Source: Tachypleus tridentatus (Eukaryota). From it: a DNA stretch of 64,000 nt. Below the pieces are notes generated by a model. The model searched no databases. It was given only the letters and a program-made list of their open reading frames with translations, and was not told the DNA's origin. The DNA is taken from assembly GCF_004210375.1 (NCBI RefSeq), contig NC_134831.1, positions 99,017,522 through 99,081,521 of the forward strand, written 5' to 3'. This document shows, one piece after another, positions 1 through 13,694 of this stretch; the stretch's first letter is position 1, and every line of letters starts with the position of its first letter. A program made the translations under genes and the position numbers.

Positions 1-560
1 AAGCCAAAGTTGTAACTTCAAAGATAGGGAACTGATACATGAGAAGATACAATCACTTAAGGTAAGCCAAAGTTGTAACTTCAAAGATAGGGAACTGATA
101 CATGAGAAGATACAATCACTTAAGGTAAGCCAAAGTTGTAACTTCAAAGATAGGGAACTGATACATGAGAAGATACAATCACTTAAGGTAAGCCAAAGTT
201 GTAACTTCAAAGATAGGGAACTGCTACATAAAAAGATACAATCATTTAAGGTAAGCCAAAGTTGTAACTTCAAAGATAGGGAACTGCTACATAAGAAGAT
301 ACAATCACTTAAGATAAGCCAAAGTTGTAACTTAAAAGACAGGGAACTGCTACATGAGAAGATACAATCACTTAAGATGAGCCAAAGTTGTAACTTCAAA
401 GATAGGGAACTGATACATGAGAAGATACAATCACTTAAGGTAAGCCAAAGTTGTAACTTCAAAGATAGGGAACTGATACATGAGAAGATACAATCACTTA
501 AGATAAGCCAAAGTTGTAACTTCAAAGATAGGGAACTGCTACATGAGAAGATGCAGTGAA
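1..560. repeat. Tandem repeat of a 63-bp unit, about 9 copies. The array runs off the window start.
   Basis: The unit aagccaaagttgtaacttcaaagatagggaactgatacatgagaagatacaatcacttaaggt repeats with a 63-bp period. The ORF at 377-559 is a repeat artefact. Confidence 0.95.
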
Positions 561-1296
561 TTAAGGGAGAATGTATTTGCTTTTAAAGTTTGAAATACAT
601 ACAGATAGAGAGGAATAAAGATCTGTGAGATAAACCTCCATTTTGGATGTAAAGACAAAGAGAATTCTAGAATAGAGGTTGTTAGTATTCCCTTTTGATG
701 CAGATAGTCTCTACAGGGGTAGGAGATTGTTCAGTGAAACATATTTGTGGAAGTACAGCAGAAACGTGTTAAGAAAAACAAAGAAAGATGAAATAGAAAA
801 CACTTTCCACTAAAGGTATAAGAAACACACAGAGACGGATACTCATGAAAACAATAGTATCACCCAATAGAAACCTTAAAAAATGAACCACAGATATAGT
901 ATAAGGTATATGTAGCACTTTGATTTAAAGGCTATACGAAAGTAAAAAAAGAAAAAAAAACACATTGTTTATCACTTTGCTTTAATGCTGTAAAAAAAAA
1001 AACCTCATTGGTTGGCACTTTGTTTTTAAGGTTCTGGTTTTGTTAAATTAAAAAAAAACAATTACCTGTTAAAATCTGAAAATCCAACCTATGTTTCTGT
1101 TTAAAATCTTTTTCGTTTAGAAGATAAATAGCCTTGTCGGACACCACAAGAATTCGTCCACGAGCCTTGTAGCCATGACGATCATATTTGATCACTGGTG
1201 CACAGTACTAAAAAAAACATAACACCTGAAATATGCCTTACCTAATTAGCTTACCTAATCTGCAATCAATAATTTTGTGTTACTTCATATTAATAA

Positions 1297-1783
1297 CACT
1301 ATGTAACACAAATTTTGTTCCTCAATAGTATGTGTTATTTCTTAATTGCTTATGTTGTAAAAGTACAGAAAATGGTCATTTTTCCCTTCAAACTTTGCTT
1401 TTGTGACCTGGATAATCAAATTTAGAAATTAACCTATTTTCTGTATAAAAATGGGCACATTTGCACATTTTCATTTACATAAGGTCCAAATAAACCAACA
1501 TATGAATCAAGATTTACATTTATTTATACTAAAGTTATACAAAAATGTTTAGAAGTGAGTAGTTTTTCAAGATTTGCGACTGTAATGTAAATCACTTTCA
1601 TGTATCAGCCCCCAAATATAGTCTCCCATCATGTTTTTGTTATATGCTTCCAGGTCACAAAAGCAAAGTTTGAAAAGAAAAATAGGTCTTTTCCACTTAC
1701 TTTAGGCATAAGCAATTGGGAAATAACACTTTCTGTCCAGGAACAAGAAAAAGTAAAAATTTTGTTACATAGTGTAATCTGTC
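1297..1783. mobile_element. MITE-like non-autonomous DNA transposon, about 487 bp, with 20-bp TIRs and a TAA target-site duplication (PIF/Harbinger-like).
   Basis: Terminus cactatgtaacacaaattttg and inverted terminus caaaattttgttacatagtg, flanked by taa on both sides. A second copy lies at 27373-27848. Confidence 0.75.
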
Positions 1784-2401
1784 CTTCTTTACTCACAGTG
1801 AGTGTACTGGCCAATAGGAACACGAATTTGAAAAACTAATACACTAACTATTATCCAGTGTTATAAAACCATTATAAAGTGCGAATCCTTTTGTCATTAG
1901 AGATGAACTTCTGTACTGTAAAAACATTCATTTTGTTGCAGAAATTTAGCTTTAAAATTCTGGCTTGCTGAGTTTTATTGGAACTAAACTCACATATAAG
2001 GTGTGAGGTTCTACATTTAATATGCGAATGGGGGATTAGTACCAGAAAATATCACATCAAAAATGTAGTACAGCTATTATAATTACAATTTATATCAACT
2101 TCTTATCACAGACCACACTACCAACTTAGATAAAAAAACAAAAATTAACATGGTAAAGATTGTAGCTTATTAGATATATGGTTGTATTGTTTCTTCAGTT
2201 CACTAGCTCTTGCTATTAATTATATTTAGGACTATGAACCCAATAATAACTCGAGATTTTGATGAGACTAGGAGATTTATGTTAGTCCTAAATTCAAATA
2301 CTAAGCTAAGAGTAACAATAACTTCAATATTAAAAATAATAAATTATGATGAAACATTGTAGAATGGATGGATACTGCCTGTTGTGGAGACACAATTTTA
2401 C

Positions 2402-2513
2402 AGGATGACATTTCGAAAGTCTTCCACTTTTCGTCTTCAGGACAGGCAGTTGCCATCCACTCTACAGTTTCATCATGAATACTCTGCCTACACAGTCTAT
2501 CAAAGAATAACCA
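2402..2513 (-). CDS. Candidate class I myosin tail (TH1) exon. It encodes WLFFDRLCRQSIHDETVEWMATACPEDEKWKTFEMSS.
   Basis: Weak similarity to the MYO1C TH1 start ...[24 protein letters not shown]. Acceptor tattattttaag|. The donor T|gtaaaa is tentative. The exon(s) between this and 11172 were not found. Confidence 0.35.
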
Positions 2514-5500
2514 CTTAAAATAATACATGCCTATGTATTATAACAGAGATTACTTTGCTTATAGAACACAAAGGTTAGTTGTTTTTGTATGTTGATGATA
2601 AAGCTACTGGGATTACATGCTACTGTTCCTAATTTTGAATTGTCAGTCATAAGGAAGAAAACTGGTTAGCATCTTCTGACATAAAATCTTGGGCTACTCT
2701 TTAAAATGAATAGTGGGATTAACTGTAACATTACAATGCTCCCACAGCTTAAAGGACTAGCATGTTCAATGATTGGTTTAGATCTTACAACTTTGCAGAT
2801 GGTAAGTTGAGTGTCCTAATCATCAGGCCCAATAGCTGTTAGCTTACTTTTAATGTACTACGTGATGTGGTTGTACATCAGCAATGAACACCTGCTTTGT
2901 CACTTAAGAAAAAAATGTCTGTAATGAGTTACAATGTATTATGTAACCAGATATGGGTGAATTATATTACAAATAGATAATATATTTGTATGTAATGCTG
3001 ACCTAATTTTTCATTCTTGGTTTCTTCTGTTCCAAGTTTTCATCCAATACACCAACTAGTTATTACTAGCAGCCCTTTATTTAACAATGTATGTACTGTT
3101 TAAACAGAAGGATTTGAAAAAAAACATTTTAACAATTGAAATTAGTTGACTAAAGAACCTACATATTAAGTTTAAACCATCTGCTTCAAAGCTGGAAAAA
3201 ATGAAGACTTTATATAAACAAAAAGTCCAGATGCAAAAAACCACATATTTTTACTTAATCAATATTGTACTTCAAAATACTGTTAACTGTTACGATTAAG
3301 GTGGAAAAAAAAGGATGAGTGTATTTAAATACTGATTATCGAACTCAAATAAGATACGCATATGGGTATTTCATAAAACATAGAACTATGTGTTTATGAT
3401 GTTTTTTTACTGAAAACAATATTCCAATGACTCAAACAATTTAACAAACATGAGCTTTATGAGCTGGTAAAATTATTATTTTTTCTGTATATTCAATATA
3501 ATCATTTTAATTTCAACTGAATTATCTTAAAGTTTCAAGTGTACTGATTTTAACTGACATATTTCTTTATATGACAGGAATAAAAACTTTAATAAGACAT
3601 ATTTCAAAAATAACATATTTTTCTAGTAATACAATTCACCCAAATCAAGAGATAAAAATGAAATGTTATTTCAATAAACTGTATTCCTATAAGGTAGTAA
3701 TACGTGGAACATAGATTTAGATATACTTTCAATAGCATCTGGAATATAAAATTACAAAACAGATTAGATTTTAAGATCATTTGCAGAATGTCTGAGAAAT
3801 GGGGTGGGGTTTGGTTTGTAAGATCAAAAACCAACACATGTCATGTAAAGCTCAATCAGCATGCTAATACCATGAGGGGAATGAGGACATGTGATGTTTT
3901 CAAGCCAAAATATTTTAATGCTTCATCAAAAGAATACAGATTATGTAGGAAATGTTAAATATCGTAAACAATTGTGCTACAACTATACATCACAAAAATA
4001 GGGGTCTCCTTGATCTACATTGGTATTTAAATGTTCATATTATAAATACTGTGTTCATTTATAAATATCAGTAGATTTATTTTTAAATGGGTTATTTAAA
4101 TTAATTACTCTACAAGAATCACATTACAGTTATATAAAACTGAAAGGAAGACATATAGTTGTTCTTACCAACGATTTTTCACCCTGAATATTAAAGAAGC
4201 TATCGAAGGCATTTGCTTTCAATGTATTTTGTTCACGAGCTAAAATAAAAAAAATTTCAAAATTACATAATATAATAACAACAATTAACATAACAATACT
4301 ATATGTTGAGGAGGTACACAAATAGGTTATACAGGATGGGATGGGTCACAAAAACACAACAAAAACTCATGCTAAGAAAGCTGAGATGGCATAAAAAAAC
4401 TTTAATCCATCTCTCTCTCTACAAAATCTTTGAATTAGTTATAATCCAAACCCTCTCTCTATAAAATCTTTGAATTGGTTGTAATCTAAGAAATCCTTGA
4501 AATCCATTTGTTTCAGCTTGATGAGTATGACGTATGATGCTGGATATGTATTGCAAAAGTCCTCACTATTCTGAAAATTTGTAGAAGATTCTTAAAAAAA
4601 AGAATCACAAAGTATTTGTTTTATGCTAGAACACTGTTGAAATTTTTACAACCTTGTGTTATTCCTATAAAAAGCATCTAGCTGAAAGATAGGAAGAATA
4701 TTATTGGTCAGCTACAGTCAGTGTGTTATAGGCATAAGAAGCTATAATTGTGATTAACACATATTAATTAGAAAATTACAAAATTGGACAAGGATCATTT
4801 ATAGATTTTGAACATTACAAACCATTCTGCTTCAGTGAATTAAATTTGGACTTTAGCATTTCTAAGGGAAAATTAAATATCTTCGTTGGTAAAAAGACAG
4901 CTTATAAGCTGTGTGAGGCCAGCCAAGCTAGTTCGCTTAAGCAAGGTACAACAACATCAATTGAGAATTAATTTTTCTCATCGTGTACTTGGATTATCAA
5001 TAGAATATTCAGTTCTAGACTAGATAAAAGACTTGTAAGAGTTTGTAAGACTTTTGTACATAAACCAATATTTGTGGTAACTATTTGAAATAACTAACTG
5101 TTATTATAAATTGTATTGTTGCTTGTATATTAAAATATATTTATGTTAGAAAGAAAACAGTGTGTATCAATCTTACTGGCAAGCATCATAAATTTGATAC
5201 ATATTAACATTCAATTAACTTCTGAATTAAAATTTCCAGTTATTTGAGTTCTTAATACCTTTTAATTTATAATGATAAATTATAACACATAACACTTCAA
5301 AATCCTTGATCTGACTGTAATTCAGTTCCTCTCTCTACAAAATCCTTGAACTGATTGCAATCCAATCATTTCTCTCTCTCCAAAACCCTTTATAATACAT
5401 CACATTAAATGAAACCCTGTAAAAGTTAAAAATGCACATTTTGACACCCATCTCTGAATACAGGGTTAAAGTATTAAAAAAAAAAACATCTTAGGAAGTT

Positions 5501-5874
5501 TATCCATGAAATGAACAAAATTAAATACAAAGCTAAGAAGGACTATAAGAAAACATAAAACTGATACATGAAACTTCTACATCTGTTTAATTTTATGCTA
5601 TAGTGATAGGTTTTTTAAATGGTTTTATTTGCACACCCCTTGTGTTATATCTCTCAGTATAAACAAAGTGAATCTAGATATATTCAGACATTTGGCTGTT
5701 TAACAAATACATACATAAAGCTTTCTTTCTGTATCAAAAACAGTAAATCTAGATTGCCTTCCACAAACTTTATTCACATCCAGGTCTTTGGCCATTGGCT
5801 ACAACTTTGGATCTGACATCAGTTTAAAAAAATCTTACTTGTGTTAACAAAACAAGATCTGCACTTGTACACAA

Positions 5875-6050
5875 AACAGCTGTGGACTGTCATGTACATC
5901 TAATTACATTTCCATATCATGACTCACTACAGAATGATTCCTGTCATGTACATCTAATTACATTTCCATATCATGACTCACTACAGAATGATTCCTGTCA
6001 TGTACATCTAATTACATTTCCATATAATGACTCACTACAGAATGATTCCT
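5875..6050. repeat. Tandem repeat of a roughly 57-bp unit, 3 copies.
   Basis: The motif ctgtcatgtacatctaattacatttccatatcatgactcactacagaatgattc is repeated three times. Confidence 0.85.
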
Positions 6051-8819
6051 AAAATGACAGTATTCTTATGGTGAACAAATACTGATTGAAAAAAAACCAA
6101 TTAAAGCATATATCTGTTTACATTCAAAACACAACAAATGTGTATAATGACTTTTCTCAAGCAACACTAAAATATTTCAGGGGTGAATCATTCTTTATAT
6201 ATTTTCTCTATACCATCATAATAAAAGGAAGTAAATGTATTTCACACAGGAATATTGTTTTCCAAACTTTTATAAACAACTATTGTATTTACAAACAATC
6301 TAATAAACCTACTTAGTCTGTTTCCAAGGAATGGTTGTGGAACAGTTCGAGGGTAGCTCTGTTTCTTGCTTTTAAAAAGATCTTGGGCCACAACTTTTTC
6401 GTTAAGCTGTAAATCCCCAAATACAATAATGTAATCTACTTACAAATAAATATATATATATATGAAAAATATGCATCATTCAATCCTTAAATAAATAGTT
6501 CTTGGAGAATATGTAAGGGCCAGGCTTTTAAAAGTGTGCAGTTTGATGTCACCAGTGTTTTGAGGCAAATTTCCCATAAGTACGTACCTTACACAAACAT
6601 ATAATCATATCTAAATAATATACAATGGACAGAGCTTTCCAAATATATATATGACTTTAAGTTTGTACTAAGTTTTTCCAGCAAACCAATGAAATAAATA
6701 ATGGTGGGGTGTTAAAATTAGCATGTCACCAACAGAAACATTTAGATTCAAAGTAATGACACAAACACAGTAACTGAAAGCATGACTAAAGCCTTTACTC
6801 TGATTAATTAGTGGAAATTTATGTTTTGAAAATTTGTTATTAGCTGATTCTCCCATTACTTTTTTTACATATTAAAGTATCCAAAATAACACGTCATCAT
6901 AATCGTATCTTCTTTATCACTGTGTATTTTTAAGGTAGTAATTACAAATTCTTAAGTAAGTAAAAAGAGAAGAACCTAAAATCAATCCAAGAAGTATTCA
7001 GTTTGATTTGAACTTACCACAAACATGACATATCAAGAGATATCTTGGGTATGTCCATTTGGAGCTTGTAATAAAATTAGTTCTTTTAAGCATGTCATCT
7101 CCTTTATGTATACATTCAGTGTAGATACTCAAATTATGTGATTTTGTTATATTGTTTACACAATAGTTAAGACAATCATTGTTATCAACAACTTAAAATG
7201 TAACATTTCATTCTTCAATAAACATCACTAAACATGAAATTGTGTAAACAACTCCTGTAACAACTCCTGTACATCTTCCCCTCTAGTTCAGTTTTGCTTC
7301 AGAGGAGAATATACAGAGTGCATAATGCTTTTCCTGCCATATTTAGTTTCCACCATGTGTAGATTATATTATATTTATTAGCGTAGGATGGATTTGAAAT
7401 GTTTTCATCTCAAATCATCTAACTTTCCTGCAAGAAAAGTTTTTAAAAGTGAGATTACATAACAGGTGTGTATCTCTTTAACTGTACAATTAATATTCGA
7501 ATGGTGGTAGTTTTAGGTTTAAATGACGAATAAATTATGAAGATAAATCTAATTAGGAGTCTGTTTATAAAACAAATGGTTAGAGACATGGTGAGTTATA
7601 TGTGAATGAGTTTACAGAATGGGTAAAGAAGATCACCATTCTACTTCAGCTCCTTGTATCAGTTTTGCACTTCTTACTATAATGCCACATTATAATAAAA
7701 GTTAACGTTCACGACCTGTGTATCTAATGTAACACAAAATGACTATTCTTATTACCCTGCCATAGTTGAATTTACTATAGAAATGTAAAGGATATCACAT
7801 TAATTTCTACACTTGTCTTTACTAATATACAGGGGTGGTCTGCATTTTGGTGATTGGTTTCGTACTTGTATTTGTTGAACAGATAGTTAACAAAGTTAGC
7901 AGCTGAAATATTATTACAGAAAAAAGACAACAGAAGGAAACACCTTGTTCTTTTCATTCTAGTTACAGTAGAGTCTGGTAAAGTGGAACGTGTGTGAAAC
8001 AGTAACCATTTTCATCAAGGTGGTAAAATATGATAAAATGTAGCCTGAGAGCTAGATGTTTAATACAAGGTTTTTCAGTAGTTATATTCATAAGAATTGT
8101 ATAAATCATAGTTAGAGGAGAAAATTTTCTTTAACATTTTCAGTTGAAAAAAAATGGACACTTGAGAAAGCCTGATCCATAAATTAAAGGACAGATGACC
8201 TTGTACAAGTTTCACTGCATTTTATTGTGCTAGTTTTACGAAATTTATTTGTACCTTTCAAGGTACAAGGTAGAAACAAAATAACTGTTCGTCTGTGTTT
8301 GTGTTACTCTCCTTTGTTATTTGAGTTTGAAATTAATTTTTTGTTAATAATTTTTATGAAAAGTTTATGCAGATATTTTTGAACCCAACTATAAGACATC
8401 ATTGTACTTGCATACCACAATTATATACTAACCTACACCATAATCTTTCATTGTAACAAATTCTATAAAGCAGGACAAGTTCAACCTTTGACGACATTTT
8501 GACAAACATTTCACAGACTAAAATGTATGAGGATATCATATTCCAAGACTATGCTTAAATAGAACTACACATAAGTCCATTCACACGATTGTAGTGTCAA
8601 ATGGTGTGGTGAGCCAAGCATGAAGCTTTTAAACATGTCACCATTGCTTCTAGTATGCTCATCTACAATGACATATTATGAATAGGCAAACGATTATTAC
8701 AGTTTATTAGTTACTTGTAACTTTTTAAAACTCTATTGAAACATCTTGTCATAATTATAGAGAAAAATATTATTTGAATATCTCTTGTCTGTTATAATTT
8801 AAATTTCAAACCTAACAAT

Positions 8820-9180
8820 AAAAGTAATCCAACCCATCTCTCTATCAAATTCTTTATCTAATTGTAATCCGACTATTCTCTCCACTGAACCTTTAAACTG
8901 AATGTAATCCAACTACACTCTCTATCAAATTCTTAAACTGATTGTAATCCAACTACACTCTCTATCAAATTCTTAAACTGATTGTAATACAACTACACTC
9001 TCTACCAAATCCTTAAACTGATTGTAATTGAACTACTCTCTCTACTGAACCTTTAAACTGATTGTAATCCAATTCCTCTCTCTACCAAATCCTTGAATTG
9101 ATTGTAATCCAACTACTCTCTCCACTGAACCTTTAAACTGATTGTAATCCAATCCCTTTCTCTATTAAACCCTTAAACTG
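8820..9180. repeat. Minisatellite of a roughly 50-bp unit, about 7 copies. It belongs to a dispersed family also seen at 4380-4500 and 5320-5400.
   Basis: The unit aatccaactacactctctatcaaattcttaaactgattgt is shared. The same ctctctacaaaatccttgaa(c/t)tg(a/g)ttgtaatcc motif recurs at the other two sites. Confidence 0.85.
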
Positions 9181-9519
9181 ATTGCCCCTTATTACGACAC
9201 TGTGTTATAAAATTATTTTAAAAAAATTTGGGTTTATTGTGCACCTTTCTTTCTTACAGAGATAGTAACAGATTAGGAATTTGATATGTTGTTACTCAGT
9301 TTTCATTTAATAATCTTCATTAGACTAAACCTGTTATGATAAACTTTTTATGTTGATTTTTGTTTGCTGCATCTCGATCTTGGTTAAAACCAACTGGAAG
9401 TAAAACTGTAAGACTCAGTGGATCCAAAGTAAAATTGTCAACATATTTTAAATTTTCTGTTCATTTGTATATTTTTTTAAAGATTTAAATAAAACTGGAT
9501 TCTAATTTTTTACAGCAGT

Positions 9520-9720
9520 GTTCAAAACAGAAAACCAATGAACACAATTATAGGTATCAGAAAACCAATGAACACAATTATAGGTATCATATTACACATC
9601 ACTATACCTGAACAGAAAACCAATGAACACAATTATAGGTATCATATTACACATCACTATACCTGAACAGAAAACCAATGAACACAATTATAGGTATCAT
9701 ATTACACATCACTATACCTG
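9520..9720. repeat. Short tandem repeat of a roughly 55-bp unit, 3 to 4 copies.
   Basis: The motif cagaaaaccaatgaacacaattataggtatcatattacacatcactatacctgaa is repeated. Confidence 0.8.
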
Positions 9721-11171
9721 AGCTTTTTGCTCAACAGAGATTGACTTGCAGTACTTTCTCATCAGCCACTTTCTGTGCATGTCTTGTAGAATGTTAGAGG
9801 CCTTAAAGAAAACATATTTAAAAGCCAAAAACATAATATTTACAAGTGTTAAATACTGTAATTAAATCTCTGTTATGTACAATAAAAATTAGAAATAAAA
9901 TAATTAATTAAGACATTCATTTTACATAACTTACTTCACGTATGTTATATTTTGAAGGTTCTTGAAGATAATGCAACACATTTTTGTACTGTATTACTGC
10001 TTAGTATTATAGAAGAGGAGAGAAAAGTTTAATAACTGTGACCTGTAAATAAGAAAGAACAGGAAAAAAATACTTTGCTTAAGGATAACCTAATAATACA
10101 CTAGTTTAACCTAAGAATACACTAGTTTAACCTAATAATACATTAGTTTAAAGTCATCAACTCTAAACTTATTCTTAAATAACATCTCACCTGATGGCAG
10201 CATCTTGGAGGGTGGGGCCATGATTTATCGAGGACAGTCTTCGGCAGGTTGCGAGCTAGACGACTTAAGTATTCATACTTCGCACACCGAATAAACTTTA
10301 ACATATCAAATCTTGATCAGCAATTACAAAATTTTTCACTGAGTTGAGAGAGTTGTTTATTATTCACAGGTCAGCATAATAAATAATGACTTGAAATAAA
10401 TGTAGATAACAATAAATGGATAACAACTCTGATTAGCTGTTATATAGACTAGAAATTAGATAGTTTTATTTAAAATTTCACAAAAACAACCCCAAAAGTC
10501 CAAGTTATTTTAAAGTAGAAAAATAAATACATTGAAACTTAGTAAATAATTTTGATAGATTAAGGAAATTTTTCACTTGCTCATGACTTGCCTTAACATT
10601 TATATAACTAAAGAAAGCTTATACTAATATATAACATAAAAAAACTGTTTTTATAGGATGTTAATCTGACTTAAAAATCAAGCAAGTCGTTAATTTAAAA
10701 ATGTCTTTGTTTGTTCCGATCATTTCTGAGTCAATCCTGTAGTCTAATTTGGTATTTGGCTGAAACCTATAATAACAGTAGTGAAAAGACTATATTTAAT
10801 ATTCTATGACAACTTTTGACATGACATTAAAACCTCTGATGGAATAAAATAGCAGTATACAAGTCAGTGATAGTGAGTTGAGTAATAGCTGAGAGCTTTA
10901 AAATGATCATGTTTACAAAACAACAGAACATGTGCACACAGGTCTACTTTAGTTTAAGAATTATATATGTCTAAAAATAATGATCTGAGAAATGTTTGAA
11001 AAGTGGAACATTCTTCATCACTATTAAGACAAGAGGACTCTCTCAACTTTCTGGGTTGTTTTTACGTTTATAACCACCTTGTAATGTAGTAAGATGTCAT
11101 ATTGCTTCCAAATGATGACACTGAAACAAAACATGGCAAAATAATGCCCAGTATCAAGTACTGCTACTTAC

Positions 11172-11226
11172 ATAAGCATTGGTTTCATTTTCTGCTTCAT
11201 TTCTTCTGATAAAACCTTCGATGAAA
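11172..11226 (-). CDS. Class I myosin neck/tail exon. It encodes (D)FIEGFIRRNEAENETNAY.
   Basis: Aligns with MYO1C [22 protein letters not shown]. Acceptor tttag|, donor TAT|gtaagt. Phase fits the previous exon. Confidence 0.7.
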
Positions 11227-12029
11227 CTAAATCAAAGGTACGGAAAAAGCACCCATAACTAAATCAAAAATACGGAAAAAGCACCCATAACTAAATCAAA
11301 GGTACAGAAAAAGCACCCATAACCATAAACACACTCACATATTTATTCATCCTCCCATGCCTACAAATAAAATGCAGCTTCAAACCAACAAATTGAAAAC
11401 AAAATTAAATTGTTAAAATTATTTCACATATGTAAAGCAATTTCATCTGGAATGACTTTGATTAATCATTTTGTATTTTCTTTGTGGCATAACTATTACA
11501 GTGCATCATGTTTACATAATTCTAATACATGGTTTGTATAAAATCCTGGCATCACATTTGTGAGATAATTTCAAAATATGGTATTATGCACACACACACA
11601 CCAATAGTTCTAATGTTACAGAATGCTTTAGGAAGTTGTGACAACAGGCATTTTCCATTATGACTCAATGTTAATGGAGGAATGTTTTTCTGTTTCTTAG
11701 TCTAATTTTCAGTTTATAAGAAGTGCAGAAAATAGTAAAATATAATAAGCTTTGAGTTTTCTTTCATTTTGAGTAACTGTTTGTTTATAAATCACAAAGC
11801 TGGACAATGTCTGTGCTCTACCCACCATGAGTACCAACAACCAGTTTTTATCATTATAAGACCTCTGACTTACTTCTGAATCACTATGGGTCTTTGAGTA
11901 GCTAAACTTTAAATTGGAGACACTTTATTTCATCATTTTTTAAACATATGTATGCTTGACTCTTCCAAACATTTTCAATCAAACTGATAAAGCAATTGAT
12001 ATCCCTTGAGAAAATTATTTTCCCACAGA

Positions 12030-12300
12030 CAAGCTACTCAAACTGTAGTCAGCACACTTTACAGAAGACACACAACTGGAGTCAGCACACTTTACAGAAG
12101 ACACACAACTGTAGTCAGCACACTTTACAGAAGACACACAACTGTAGTCAGCACACTTTACAGAAGACACACAACTGCAGTTAGCACACTTTACAGAAGA
12201 CACACAACTGTAGTAAGCACACTTTACAAAAGACACACAACTGTAGTCGGCACACTTTACAAAAGACACACAACTGCAGTCGGCACACATAAGACACACA
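12030..12300. repeat. Tandem repeat of a 33-bp unit, about 8 copies.
   Basis: The unit cagcacactttacagaagacacacaactgtagt is repeated. The ORFs at 11996-12356 are artefacts. Confidence 0.93.
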
Positions 12301-12645
12301 ACTACACACAGAACAGACATTCTTCTTACACCAAATATTTTTATTTATATTTATAACTAGTGATTACTACTTGACACATTTATTTCTCAGTATCATTACG
12401 GAAGAGAAAATTTAAATTTGAAGATAAATGTAAAATGTTTACTTAACTATAGTTAAAATTAAGTTTTAATTTTTGTTTTTGTCTGTTATAAAGTTTACAC
12501 CCTATTATTACAGCAATTATTCAAATCAGTCTATTCAAAACTTGAAGCATTAATTGCATAATTATTGTTAATCTTTGAAGACATGTTACCAACAACACAA
12601 ATGCAATGATGGGCAGAAATAGTAAAGTGTCTTTATCTTTCTTAC

Positions 12646-12730
12646 TCTCGAATCATCTTGGCTGCCCATCGTCGTCTTGCAAGCATTTTCTTTGCTGCAT
12701 ACCGTCGCCAATAGCAGGATATAAGAATTG
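12646..12730 (-). CDS. Class I myosin IQ-motif exon. It encodes (A)ILISCYWRRYAAKKMLARRRWAAKMIR.
   Basis: IQ-like motif (IxxxxWRRYxxKK), comparable to MYO1C IQAAWRGFHWRQKF / [21 protein letters not shown]. Acceptor tatag|, donor GA|gtaaga. Its phase fits a direct splice from the exon at 21724 across a roughly 9 kb intron. Confidence 0.8.
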
Positions 12731-13694
12731 CTATAAACAAATTACATTAAAAACATTTAATATAAAGAACTGAATATAAATTAAGAATATTTAAAAGAGT
12801 CTTCTTTACATCTGCTGCTGCAAAACTAGCTTTTATTAATAGCTTTCTATTCCAATCACAAAGTAAAACTATAACTTTTAAAAGGTAATAAATCAATAAG
12901 AGTATTTATGGCAGTTTATTATGCACTTCAACTCTATTGTAAGTAAACCAACAATACAATGTGCAGTTCTTTGAATTTTGTGCAAAACTACTCAATGGCT
13001 ATCTACACTAACCATGTTTGATTTTGAATTGCTGGAAGACAGCTAGTAAACAACACCCTCTGATAATTCTTGGACTAATCTAATTGAAAAGTTAGACTTC
13101 ATCATCACTCCTATAAAACACACATGGCTCAAAAGTACAAAGAAAGATATTTGTTTTTAGTATCCAGGCACAAACCAAGGAAAATTGTATCTAACACAAT
13201 AACCTCTGAGCAACAGTCAGCCACAGATAAAATGGTATTTAAAATACATGTACAAAACCCTTAACATAAATAGTGACATCTATATATTTATTTCAGCCTG
13301 AATATTAAACTAATTGAGAATTTGTTTAAATAAATTTTTATATTTTATATGATACTAACTTAGACGGAAGTAGATATATTTTTAAAAGTACAGTATAGAA
13401 TGGTATAGTTAGGTTATAAATAGTGAAATTAATTTATAATTTCCAATATGTGACAACGATATTCATTTTGATAGACAATGCAGACATATGTACAATCTAT
13501 TTAAAGTCTATTTGACCTAAAACCCTTTAAATTTATTATTGTTATAGTTACACCATTATTCTTGTACTTTACCCTGGTTGGGGGAAACAAATGTTAAAAA
13601 GTAATTTTTCCCTACCTGATGTTTTTATTTGCAAAAACTTCTTTCTCTGACTGTAGGCTCTGAACTTTGCTTGGATCACTGTAACTACAAAACA

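Noticed and set aside
377-559. ORFs lying entirely within tandem repeats (377-559; 11996-12356 on both strands; 20614-21486 in three frames; 49850-50122; 50081-50943).
   Set aside because: The peptides are perfectly periodic at the repeat unit length. There is no similarity to known proteins, and both strands are open. They are artefacts of stop-free repeats.
7850-7928. Candidate tail exon encoding AANFVNYLFNKYKYETNHQNADHP with a tttcag acceptor.
   Set aside because: Only vague resemblance to the Myo1 neck/TH1 junction. Its phase does not fit the upstream exon at 11172 without another, unfound exon.
10200-10300. Possible U6 snRNA-like sequence (atcatggccccaccctccaagatg resembles U6 AUUAGCAUGGCCCCUGCGCAAGGAUG).
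   Set aside because: The U6-like 5' hairpin motif cttcggcag lies on the opposite strand. The two similarities cannot belong to one RNA, so this is probably chance or an unrelated GC-rich fragment.
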